From Nemertoderma westbladi (lineage: Eukaryota; Animalia; Xenacoelomorpha): a DNA stretch of 64,000 nt. Under the pieces are notes generated by a model. It worked only from the letters and a program-made list of their open reading frames with translations. It was not told the origin of the DNA and did no database searches. The position numbers were made by a program, and so were the translations under genes. The stretch lies in NCBI GenBank assembly GCA_032718475.1, contig JAUCBJ010007752.1:26544-90543 (forward strand). Direction: 5' to 3'. The first letter of the stretch is position 1; each line of letters starts with the position of its first letter. Shown one piece after another: positions 33,956-46,295 of this stretch.

Positions 33956-36016
33956 ACAAGTACTCTTCATTCTCAAACAAATATTGAATTTTATCTCAAT
34001 GATGCTAACTTTCCAATTTTCGATAATAAATCGTCACACTATTCTCCTCACGAAGCAGCTATGATTCTAATTAATGGAACCAGTGGATATGCTACATGCT
34101 GTCTTGTTCCGCTAAGTAAGAGTGCATTCGAATTTATCTTTCCTTATTGATGTTAGAACTCTGACCAATATCAACGATATTAAGTGTGATATGAATGGAT
34201 CATATGGGACTAAATTATGCACTTGCTACTGGACTGTTGAACTACTTCGTGATAATTGTTCTAAATGTTTGGATGTGAAGATAATAAAATCGAAGTTAGG
34301 CAATCTTGGAGATGACCTGTTTTATATATCCATAAATTCTAGAAAAATTTTTGCCAGTCTTACCCGTTTGATTTTTTATTTATTGGATAAGAGTGGAAAT
34401 ATCTATAATGATATTGCGTTGTTAGAGTATGTAGTGGCAACTACTGCTGAGGATGAGGTAGGGTTAACTTTTGATGTTCAGCCACACAAAAATAGGAAAC
34501 ATGGTAGCATTCATTTCTATCCAATGCAAAAAAGTGTTCTAAATGTAATGAAGCAAGGACTAGAGACGACGTATTAAAGCAATGTATTAAAGCGTCCATA
34601 TTCTAATGATTCTGAGTGTATAAATGCGAAATTAACGAAACAGAAGGAAGAATTGATTAGTAAAGATAAATCTAAACAAAACTTCACCAAACTTCAGTTT
34701 GTTCAAGATGTATGGGAAGTTGTTGAGAAAATACAAACCATTGAAACTGAAAAGGCCATATGCGATTTAAGTGAAGTTTACACTCTCAGTGACGTAGCTG
34801 CTCATTTAAAAGTGGATCCAGAAGTTTGGTTTTCAAGGTCTTGTCAGCAACAAGCAGAGTATCTTGATAAGTTCAATACTCTTAGTATTCAAGATGTCTA
34901 TTCAGGTAAAGATATAGAAATTATGAAAGTTGGTGAATCCGAAGGATCACATAGAATTTTGAAAGAATTTTCGTTACCATTGCATAAGGTTCTTCACGAG
35001 AGTGCAATTGTCTCAGTAGAATTATTGCATGGTGTTATTGACGAGGCTGAGATTTTGTTAAATCTTTTGTGTGCGATATCGAAAAAGCCAACAATGACAG
35101 ACACAGATTCAATAACTTATTTGGTTGCTACAAAGTCGTGTAAACGTAGCATGTATGAGTGCAAAGTTACCAACAACCATGTGAACTGTACCTGTTGCTT
35201 ATATAAGTACAATATGCTTTGTAAGCATAGTCTGTGTGTTGCGGTGGTTGAGGGAATTATTATTAGCCACATCGATATTTTCATTAGAAGTGCTACAAAG
35301 ACGGCAAGTCGCAAGAAGAAGGAGGTGTTAGTTGATGTTCCCCAAGCTGCCGGAAATATAGGTGGTCGTTTTAGAACGCCATGGCCTTCGAGAGATACCC
35401 CGATAGCTGCCAATGATATGATGGTCAGCTATTATTAGTAGAGAGACCATTTACAGAAATTCACCACAATGATCTTCCAATCGTATTGTGCTTTTTAGCA
35501 GATGAACAATTAGCAAACATCTGTAATCAGTGTAAGATTGAATTTCCTCGTATTCGATTTATTAGACCATATGACATAGTGTTTTCGCATTTCGAAAGAT
35601 GGCAGTATTTCCACCCAAAAGATCCGTCTACTCATCTCCCGTCTACTAAGCTCACTAAGAAATATTACTGTGTGAAGTTTAGTTGTAATATAAAACGTTC
35701 CCATACATTAAAACTTTAAAAGAACTTCTGTCAATTGATGATGGTATAAAACATAGGCTCCATCACTCACACTTAACACTATTGAAATTTGAATTCGATT
35801 TGTAATTCTTGTTTTGACATTCACAATTGTTATTTTAATATTATATATGTACTATTTAGCTGCGTTTAAAATAACATAATAATTCAACACCGCACCGGTG
35901 AATTGGAAGTATCTTTGTGACATCACTCATGGTCATATCCCCCAACTGGTGAGAATTTGTACTTTTGTACTTTTTACCCTTTTGTACTTGGGGGGGGGGG
36001 GGGGGTCTCCCTTTTG

Positions 36017-38640
36017 TACTACTACTACTACTAGGATCGGCATGCTGCATTGCAGCTGCATTTTTAAGAATGCTGTGCCGGCTTATCGACAAAATTGTAC
36101 TGCCACAACTCCCTATCACCCATGACATTAGCTAGATCATCCGCATCTTCAAGGCCAGTGTCCTTTAAGATGCGTCTCAAGAAAGTCATGGGCTGTCCCC
36201 ATGCTTATTCACTCCATGAGGCTGCCAAAGTACAAGATTATGCACTGGTTAGTCCTCACGGTGAAAGCAATGTCCTGCAAAGCGGAGGCGATTTTGCTCT
36301 AATGTCAAGCTTGGGGGAACCAATGAGACACCGCCAATGTTATATAGTGTCTGGTTGGAGTTGTGTGCATTGTACTTGACACAATGAACCCGGTGTAGCA
36401 TTCTTGTGAATGTGTCATCCAGAGATTTGGTGTCCTCAGCAGTTAGAGCCCGGCATGGACTCCCATAGAGGAGTACTGGAACTACTGCTGCTCTAAATAA
36501 TCGGACCTTAAGTTTCCAATTAATTCTCGGTGACTTCCAAATTGTGGAAAGCCTATTCAAGGCTGCCCATCCCTTTCCCTTACGTATTCGAAGGTCCTCA
36601 CCTGACTTCCGGATCCATGATCCCAGGTAACAGAAGTCGTCCACATGCTCAAGCATACCATCTTTTGAGCTTATGCTCATCCGATCAGAGACTTGCTGAG
36701 GACTTTCAAAGTTAACTGTCAAAATTTTGGTATTTCTGGAGTTAATAAAAAGACCAACACTAGAAGCAGCATGTTCTAATGAGCTGAGGAGCCGTTGGAC
36801 TCACTCTAGTGATTCTAAGAGTACTCCTAAGTCATCAGCAAAGTCTAGATCAGTTAGGTACTTGGCAGGATTTCCTCGACTTCTGGAGCCAGTAGGTGGA
36901 GTTATCATCACCCCATCATCATTATGATGATCTAAGGACATGCGTAGAACATAGTCAACCACAATTATGAACAATAATGGTGCAAGTGTGTCTCCCTGGA
37001 GGATGCCCCATAACACTTCAAATGGTTCTGTGTCACCGTCAACAGTAGACACAAATGTTGTCGAACCATCGTATACTGATCTGATTGCTGCAATAATTTC
37101 ATCAGGAATCCCATATAATGAAAGTATGCTGAACATACGTGAGCGAGAGACTGAATCAAAGGCCTTGAAGAAGTCAACAAAGATAACAGACAGATGCCTG
37201 TCTTTCTTTTTTGATAACTCTTGAATTATCCTTCTAAGTACCAAATTGGGCTCCATGGTCCCACGACCTTTACGGAACCCATTCTGATTTCCACGGAGCA
37301 GTCTCTCAATGGGATCCCTGATGTGATTTAATAGAATTCTATTATAGCTTTGCAGCAATCGAGATCAATGAGATTCCCCGAAAAGAACCATAGAGTGTTA
37401 GGTTGCCCTTCTTGGGAACTGGCACAAACTTATTTGTTTTAATTTCTTGTGGGACTCTTGTTGTACGGTACATGTCTACTATGATGGGATAGATGAGCTT
37501 TAAACACTCAGGTATTTTAAAGACCTCAGGGGGAACACCATCTACTCCACTGGCATGATTGGTCTTAATGCTCTTTGCAGCAGCCTTCACTTCTGCAAAG
37601 GAGAAATCGTCAATGGGAATATCTGGGAGTACAGACTCAGACACTTATACTTCTATAAAGTTATCAGGCAATACCCTGTCATTATTGAGGAGCTTTTCAA
37701 AGTGGGCCTTCCAACCATTGAGGCGATCGGCTGGCGATTCAGCCTTAACCTTGGTGGTTGGTTGGCTTTTCCACCCAGTAAGCAAGTTGATCGATTTCCA
37801 TGCCTGGGATGATTGCCTGCTGTCGTCAGCATCATTGATGGCATCAACCTGTTGGTTTATTAGCTCCTGTAGATTAACAGAGTACTGCCTGTTCAGGGAC
37901 CTAGATGCAGCCTAAACTGCATTCTTGGCCGCTGTAGTCTGTTTGAGTCATTTCGGCACTTCTGGATTTTGTTGTCAGTCCAGGGGGCCCTTTTCCTGTT
38001 TCGAGGGTATACAGGAACTGTTTCTGCAGCTGCTAACTTAACTGCTTTTGTGAAGGCAGTATAGCCCTCACAGTGATCTGCAGCCTCAGAGGCAAGAACC
38101 TCATACCTGTTGCTCAGCTGTAGTGTGAATCTGGATCTCACACTTGCCTGTTGCAACAGAGAGGACCAGTCATGCCGCGGCAAGGCAGATTTCGTTGTTC
38201 TGCTAGCACGCAGACTAAGTCTTACCTTGGCCACAATATGGCGGTGATCACTGGAGAAGGGTCGAAGTGTAAATGCATTACAGCCTTGTATAGAGCTCCT
38301 GTATTTCCTACGAAACAGAATATGGTCTATCTGGGACTTGTGACCACTGGGTCCACTATGAGTCCATAGCTTTCCAGTTCGCTTCTTGAACTGGGTTCCA
38401 GCCGAAAACAATCCATTTCCAGAGATAAAATCCTGAAGATGGACGGAATTTCGGTTAACACTATTGCTATAGACCCAGGGTGATGTAGGTGATTGATGCA
38501 GACTTGCATTAAAGTCTCCCAGGAATGTTAAGAATGCATGCTGATCCACTCCATCAGTAGCTGCTTGTAGATTGTGGTAGAAATTTTCCACCTCCTTTAC
38601 AGGGGCAACACTAGTTGGAGAGTACACACAATCAGAACCA
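36017..38640 (-). mobile_element. Degenerate RTE-type LINE (EN + RT) with a (TAG)n tail
   Basis: LGDFNA, SQIDHIL, SDH; FRGISL, QNGFRKGR, FVDFFKAFDSV, GILQGDTLAPLLF, LDFADD, FCYLGS across frameshifted ORFs; (TAC)n at 36017-36032. Confidence 0.92.
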
Positions 38641-38899
38641 CCTTAGAAACTTCTCAGCCAGTCTTCCAGAACATGAGAAGTGGCAACGGATGATGCGGTT
38701 AGAGATTTGGTCTATTTTGTCCAATGCTGCATACTTTTGCACTTTGCAATGGGATTCTCCCATTCATTATTATTAGGCCTATAAGAGTATACAGAGTGCA
38801 AATACTTAGCGCATAGGCATGTAGGCAGATAGGGCCTACCCTATGCACAATATTCAGTTAGTAGTTATATTTATTATTATATATATAATATAAATTATT

Positions 38900-41560
38900 A
38901 CAGCGGGCGACAGAGTGTGCCCGTGGTGAAGCTGACATAGTACTTGAATGGCAGGACCATGAATGCTTTTTGATTGGATTGAGCTTAACTGATGCTGTTG
39001 AAAACATTACGACATCCAATCAATCATATGCGGAGGTAGTGTTAAGCAATGTACAAAGCTCTACCCCAGCAGTTTCTACACTTAATAGTCAAGAATTGGC
39101 TAGTAGTGAGAACTCAGATTGGGTTACGCCTGCGCAAAGGCACACGATACCAAGAAGTCCCCGGTTACAAACTGAATTGGTGGCACCAAATTCCGGTTCA
39201 ACTGCGACATCTAACGCATTTAGTTGCTTGGAAATGGAAACTGACGAACCGTCTTTTACCCATGTGGTGTCCAGCATCCCGGACTGAATATAAACTCAAA
39301 GGTAAATAAGAGAATCAAAATATTTAACTTGTCCAATAGGGTTTTAACGTTTGATGAAAAGTCAGTATTAAGCAAAGGATTAAAATATAGTCCAATACCG
39401 CGCCAAAACTTAGAGGACCTAGTTACTAACATTGAAGAATTTAGAAGAAAAGTTTTAATAACAGACTTTTTCCATAACCGATGTTTTAATGACGAAAGCC
39501 TGGTAAAGTTGCCAAGCGATTTTAACCCAGAAAATTGCAGTTCGTGGGATCCGTCGCTGGGCACTAAGCAATTGTCTTCGATGCTGTCGCAACTAGGAAG
39601 AGATGTAGGATCTGGGCAGTTCCAAACTGAACAAAAACCCGATAATTTGACAGGTGGTGAACGGAAAGCGATAGGTAATTTAAAAAACGATGATAACATT
39701 ATTGTTATTCCAGCTGATAAAGGCGGGGCGGTTGTAATTTTAGATAAAGATTTTTACGTTGAAAAAATGAATAATATTTTAAAAGATGAGTCAACATATA
39801 AAAAATTGGTGAAAAATGTGGACAATTTAGTAATATCAAAGGTGGCCAAATACTGTAAAAACTTTGGCAAAATGATGACCACTAACGAGATACATTATGT
39901 AGTAAACAGGGAGTTTGAAACTTCACGGGCCTATGGTTTACCAAAAATCCATAAATCAAAAGAAATAAAGAGTTGGGTGGAAGAGGTTTGCCAACCTGGT
40001 GAAATATCGCATTTACCATGCCCGGGGGATTTGAAATTCAGATGTATAGTTGGTGGCCCACATTGTCCAACAAAAGGGTTAAGCAACTTATTAGATATTC
40101 TATTAAAACCGTATCTGCAATTCATTGGGGCGCATGTAAAGGACACATTTGATTTTCTCCGAAAGTTTAGAAATTTTAAGGATGTGTTCAAGGAGCTAGA
40201 GGTGGTTCACCTTATAACAGTGGATGTAGAAAGTATGTATCCCTCAATAACATGGGAGTTGGGCGAAAAGGCAATATCCTACTGGTTAGATAAGCACCCG
40301 GAATGTTTAAACAAACGATTTACCAAGGAGTTTGTATTGAAGGGGTTGGAAATTGTGCTGAACAACAATACAATGGAGTTCCAGGGGATGTATTATATAC
40401 AAGTTAAAGGGATGGCTATTGGAACTATATTGGCACCAACTTATTCAGATTTGGTAATGGGTTACTTGGAACAAACAAGATAAATTTTATCCAGAGATAG
40501 AACGAAAATATGGAACGGCCGTTGCTAATTTTATTGAGAAAATGTGGACCAGATTTTTAGATGACGGTGAACTTGCTGTCGATGATGCCATCATTAAACC
40601 GAACCAAATACTGCAGATATTGAATACCATGTCACCGGGAATAAGTTTTACGATGGAAACAAGTCAAACGAGTATAAACTATTTAAATGTTACAATAAAC
40701 CGCATTAATAATATTTTAGAAACCGAAGTATTTTTTAAGCCAACAGATTCAAGGGAGTACCTTCCATTTTCGTCCTGCCATCCAAGACATGTAAAAATAA
40801 ATATACCATACAATATGTCACGTTTGCTGGCTACAATTATTGATAATAGAAGTATTCTGGAAACCAGGTTAATTAAACTAAAAGAGTCACTGATACGATC
40901 AGGTTATCCGGAAGACCTTTGTGGTGACGCAGTGGAATGGGCGTTAACGTTGAACAAAACCACACTATTGAAAGAAAAAGTGAAATCGAGTACAAACATT
41001 CTGCCAATGGTTCTAAACTACAATCCATTAAACCCACACGTGTTCCCTATGGTAAAAAATTGCATCGCTCAAATGTCGATCATATGGATCATAGATCAAA
41101 CTATCGTATTCGAACTGTTTTTGGGAATACCAAGGTGATTTGTAGTTACAGACGGGCACCAACATTAAAGGATATATTTCACTCTGATCCAATTTAATAT
41201 AACTCCATTTCACAAAATGAGAATTGGCTCAACACCTGTAGCAAGGCGGATAAAGGAAGATTTCTTTATTAAAAGATATAAGCCCTCCCCTCAACAGTTG
41301 AATCTGGAACACAATGGAATGGAACAGTGAACCACAAAGGAACTATAGAAATAGTAACATTAGTAGCCCCCCCCCCCCCCCCCCCCGCCCTTCTTCATCG
41401 CCTAATGATCAACTAACTCATATTCCCTAAACTGGTGTATTGCATAGTATATTACACATACTTTAGGCCCACATTTAGTATAATTCTATAATTTGCCTGA
41501 AGATAACTTTAAGTTTGAAATGCATTGCAATTTTTATAAATAATTTTAAATACAGTATTT
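38900..41560 (+). mobile_element. Penelope-like element (PLE), frameshifted RT, GIY-YIG domain not seen
   Basis: LSKGLKY, PADKGGAVV, YGLPKIHK, DVESMYPSI, GMAIGT, TRFLDD, FKPT..YL.FSSCHP in ORFs 39329-40483 and 40542-41138. Boundaries approximate. Confidence 0.92.
41492..41531 (+). ncRNA. Minimal type I hammerhead ribozyme in the PLE 3' region
   Basis: TTGC-CTGAAGA-tAAC tttaa GTTt-GAAA-TGCA-TT-GCAA: core boxes, stem II, palindromic stem III and stem I all present. Confidence 0.7.
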
Positions 41561-43604
41561 TACCTCATATTTATTATTTTATTTGCTGTAATATTGTTTT
41601 AATTGGAAATTAAATATAATAACTGAATCTGTGAATCATTTTATCTCAATTGCTGTTAATATAAATTGTATATGCACAATATTTAGTTAGTTAGTAGAAA
41701 TCGACAATTTACAATTTATTTATTTACAATGTACAATTTACAATAACCCGATTTTTTTTTTAATAAGTGGTACTGTTTAGTAGCCCATTTAAACTAGTTA
41801 TCACCATAGCAGAACAATCGTCAAACATCAAGCACTTGTTTGTCTGTTATATAGGACTCCAAAAGCTACTTCAAATTTGAAAATTATTTCCATTTTTGTA
41901 AGCAGATTCAATTCCACTACATTACCCACCAGAAAATGGGACCAGTGGCATTTTGTTAATATAGTTGGGGATGCGAGATTACCAATAATAATCTCGCCTC
42001 ATAACCAACTTTGGGGGGGGGGGGGGGGGGGGCGACACAAGCCCTAAAGCCACAGAGAGAGGTGAGAGGTCAAACCACCTCGGAGGGAGAACACAGCTAG
42101 TAGAGGCTAGCGGCGGGGGGAAACACTCACAGGGAGTGCCAAAGTGACAATTAATATATTAGCCAATAGCGGGGAGGGAAGCACGTGATTAGAGATAGGA
42201 AAGTATCCACTGGGTACAGAAGGCCAAGTAGAGTAAGAGGTGAAACCAATATCTTTGTGTATCAATCATATATTATTCTGCATTACTGATTTACCGGTCA
42301 GTTGATTAGTTACAGAGTTGCAGACCGGTCATAGTTTATGACTGTCACCGCCACCAATTATTATCTGTGTATTTTCTGCTGTCATTCTGTATCACTGATA
42401 TACCGATCCTGTGCTATTGTCAATCGGAACATTAATATTGAGAAACTCAAACTCCATTATTTTCCCCGACGGCCTTCGGCCAAAACGACTATAGTGCAGC
42501 AGCCCAGCAAAACGGTGACGCGTATATATCTAACCCGGTCGGGATCTATGATCCCGTCACAATTTTGTAGCTTTATGAAAATTTCATACTTTTTATCACA
42601 ATTTTCCAAATTGAGTTACTAAGGCAACAGGATAGATATCTGAGCTATCCTCTACAGCAACTTACATATTCTGGCACCTAACAGTTTTTTGAAAATCGAA
42701 AATTAAAACATTTCATTCGGCCAAAGTAACCTCAGAGGCCAAAGAAACCCTGTGATGGTACTTGGAGATGTCATGTTTGTCGACAGATGAAAAATACTTG
42801 TATTTATAGGAATCGCATAAATCTTTACCCTGCATAGCCCGAATTTTCTGTTGTTATATAAAACAAAGCCTGTTAATACTAGAGATAAAAAACTTAGCCA
42901 GCTGCTTGATAACAAAACATACATTATATTATTGGGACAGTCATATTCTTCAGTTTTGGTTTCTCCAGTCATTGAATTGATTGATGCTCAGTCTTCTTTC
43001 ACGTCTCATCTGTTTTATTGGAATTCTTCCTACTGAGGTTGACTCGGAGATCTGTGAACTGAATTGGCCATGGCCATATTTTAATGCATGGCTAGCCTCA
43101 CCCTGAGATTCCAAATCTCAAATATAATTTTATCCATATTCTATGACTGTCAATTGATATTAGCATTGATACTCCTTGTTACAAGGTGCTGTTGCCTGTA
43201 AACAGCATTATTGTATTATTTTCTGTTATAACATGCAACTCTACAGATTGTAAGTAGCAGTGTTAGTACAAGCTGCCTATCTAAAGTGTTTGGTATACAG
43301 TGCTCCATTATTTGATAGGCGTTGGTTGTAGCCCTCAATGATAGAACTAGTATGTTATAACTGAGCTCTGATTGGCCGGCCATTATACAGTGTACTGCAG
43401 TGCCTTTTTCTTTGACTTATAAATATCGTAATTCGGGATTTATCCTTTAAGCCTAACTAACTATATTATCTTAGGAAAAAGCTTCATGTAATTCGCATAG
43501 ACCACCTTAAATTACAGGAGGTCTAATCCTCCACCCTATTCACTCCATGAGGCTGCCAAAGCACAAGATTATGCAATGGTTGGTCCTCAGCGAAAGCAAT
43601 GTAC

Positions 43605-44014
43605 GGAACCACCTGCAAAGCGCAGGTGGTTCCGTTCAAGTGTGAAGCTAGGGGAGACTAATAATAACTTCATTGTTCCCTAAATAGGCAGTAATGTCTG
43701 TGTTTCCTAAAGGCAACAGCTTCTAAGGAATTTAAATTAAATCGCTAACATCTGACCATGGGAACCTTTTTTAAGTTAAGTGGGTGCTTCAAAATTACCT
43801 CTGAGGTTGGGAACCACCTGCAAAGCGCAGGTGGTTCCGTTCAAGTGTCAAGCTAGGGGAGACTAATAATAACTTCATTATTCCCTAAATAGGCAGTAAT
43901 GTCTGTGTTTCCTAAAGGCAACAGCTTCTAAGGAATTTAAATTAAATCGCTAACATCTGACCATGGGAACCTTTTTTAAGTGAAGTGGGTGCTTCAAAAT
44001 TACCTCTGAGGTTG
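43605..44014 (+). repeat. 205-bp tandem duplication next to a short RTE 3' fragment (about 43535-43625)
   Basis: GGAACCACCTGCAAAGCGCAGG at 43605 and 43810. The preceding sequence matches 36206-36290. Confidence 0.9.
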
Positions 44015-44199
44015 ATTGTAGAAGTACAATCAGACAATGTGGTCCCTGTTTCCCTTTTAAGTGATAATGAAGCATATAATCATACATATAATCATAGTGT
44101 ATAAATAGCTTGAGTATGATGAATATAGTCACTATTCATTATTCAAATTCTATAATCGCAGACTCATACAGTATATAAATAGGTCTATAACTGTTTAGC

Positions 44200-44740
44200 C
44201 AACCTACCTACCTGTTCTTGAACAAATATTTTTTGTTATAGAACATTTTTTTAGAAAAAAATCTGGATTATATTTAAAATGCATGGGATCGTTCTAAAAC
44301 GTGTTTAAAACCAATAAAAAAAATTGTGAAAGATATTGTGAATAAAATTTTTTGAAAAAATTTTTTTGAAATTTTTGTTTTATTGATTTTAAACACGTTT
44401 TGAAACGATTCCATGCGTTTTAAATAGAATCCAGATTTTTTTCTAAAAAATATTCTAGAACAAAAAATATTTGTTCTAGAACATATTTTAAAAAAAAAAT
44501 GAATAGCTAACATCTTCAGGAACATTTTCTATACAAATAGTAACAAGAACTAGCTACTACAAAATATTTATAGAGGGAAGTAGGATATCGGAACCAGTGT
44601 CGAAATTACTAGCTTAAACCTATCTAAAATACTAGCTACCATAAAATTTCGTATCGTACTTAATGAGGAGGCTTCAATTATGTCCGTTGACCAAATTGCA
44701 GCAATTGAAAATTTATAGAACTCACCCCATATCAAAATAT
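44200..44740. mobile_element. Partial AT-rich foldback MITE related to 59110-59720
   Basis: Internal palindrome at about 44215-44480; the right part matches 59450-59690. Confidence 0.7.
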
Positions 44741-46079
44741 CAGTATGCCTTGCAGGTAGTACAGGAACTCGATATGAACTTGGTTCGTCCACATGGTCAT
44801 CCGCAATCACAGCTGTGGGGGTCAGTTTGGAAATGGTGTCATCTGGGGATCTCTATATAGAACAAACTATGGAAAGCAATGATAATACAAATTACACTAT
44901 CAATTCGCAAGAACTTGATATATAACAAAGTCCAATTATTGATGAACACCACTCTGGTACAAATACTAATGTTAGGCGCACTGGAACTAAACAGTACAAA
45001 AGAGAAAAATTCGCGATTAATTTGAATTTCTAAATAAAAAGAGAAATCGAGAATCCAGTTAGTGCAAACGTAAGATCTGATGTAATTTTTATTGAAACAA
45101 AGGTCAATAAAAAATTCATAAGGAAATATTTGAAGTGCAGGTAAATCATTCGAAAGAATCATCGAATCAAAGTACTGATGAAAGCCTTCTTGCAGGAAAA
45201 AACTTTAATAAAATAACTAACAAAAAGTTTGATTCTAGAGGAGGCATTCGATGCCTTCTTGAGTTGCCTTAAAGACTCACAACCAACCGGTACTACACCT
45301 ACTATCTCTACACCTACCTTATCATAGGCAATCCCTACAAACTCTCAACCTATACCTCCTGTTTGTCCTACACTAGTAACTCTGACAAAAACCCTTCACG
45401 TACAAAGCATTTTCCCTGTGAGGATATTACCATGTCCATCAGAAGCTTGTCGAGTATGTAGGTTGTTCTCAAGAATAGAAGGCCAATATGCTCTTGATGG
45501 ATTATTTAAGGATTATGTAAACTGTAAAGGGGATAAATCGACCTGTTCTGGTTGGACGCATATATATTTTGCTTAGGATTGGGTGGAGTTTCCATTGCCC
45601 TTTCCAAGAAGGTGGAATGGTATTGCAACTACCAACCACTTTTTGGGCTAGAGTTTACAAGCCAGAGCCGAGTTTGCGGTACATATAGTGGCTCACTTGA
45701 TCCTGAGCAAATGTGTCGCCAATGTGGTTGTACGTATCTAAGTCCATTCTTGAAGCATGTAAATTAGACTAGAAAGAAAAAACAATGATGAAAAATTACA
45801 TTTTTTTTTTTATGAAAAGTGCTCTGTCATTGTGCAGCTGTCGTCCATGTAAAATTTTCATGCACCAAAAAATTGCTCGATTTTTTAATAATTAATTTGT
45901 AATTTGATCATAATCTGTTGCCTATTTAGGATGCACACTTTTTGGCTATGATGCCTATATTGGTAACACCTTGGGACATTGTTGTCCTACCTAATAGGCA
46001 ACAACTTACCTGGTAATCCGGTTTCCTAAATAGGAAACTGTCCATAATTGCCAATGAGCAGAAGAGCCTTTTGGCTCCC

Positions 46080-46295
46080 TCTAGTGATTCTGACAGTATC
46101 CCTAAGTCATCAGCAAAGTCTAGATCAATAAGGTACTTTGCTGAATTTCCTCTACATCTTGTGCCAGTAGGGGGGTGTTACCATCACTCCATCTTTATTA
46201 AGATGGTCTAAGGACATGCATAGAAGAACATAATCAACCCCAATTACGAATAAAAATGGTGCAAGTGTGTCACCCTGTAGGACTCCCCATAAGGT
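46080..46295 (-). pseudogene. RTE RT fragment
   Basis: Diverged match to 36805-37015 (GVLQGDTLAP, DLDFADD). Confidence 0.8.

Larger units (their letters stand above)
31321..36020 (+). mobile_element. Decayed DNA transposon with SWIM-finger ORF remnants (Mutator-like?) and repeat-built inverted ends
   Basis: AGTACAAAAGGGAGACCCCC array at 31328-31684, inverted unit at about 35975-36020. Co-linear broken ORFs 32857-35719 include CTCCLYKYNMLCKHSLCV (SWIM) and a C-terminal CxxC finger. Confidence 0.6.

Noticed and set aside
45168-45210. Possible hammerhead CTGATGA..CCT/AGG..AAAA
   Set aside because: Spacing and stem III/cleavage triplet do not fit; at best a decayed relic.
45290-45770. Cys-containing host exon
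   Set aside because: Stops and frame changes, no recognisable domain or clear splice structure.
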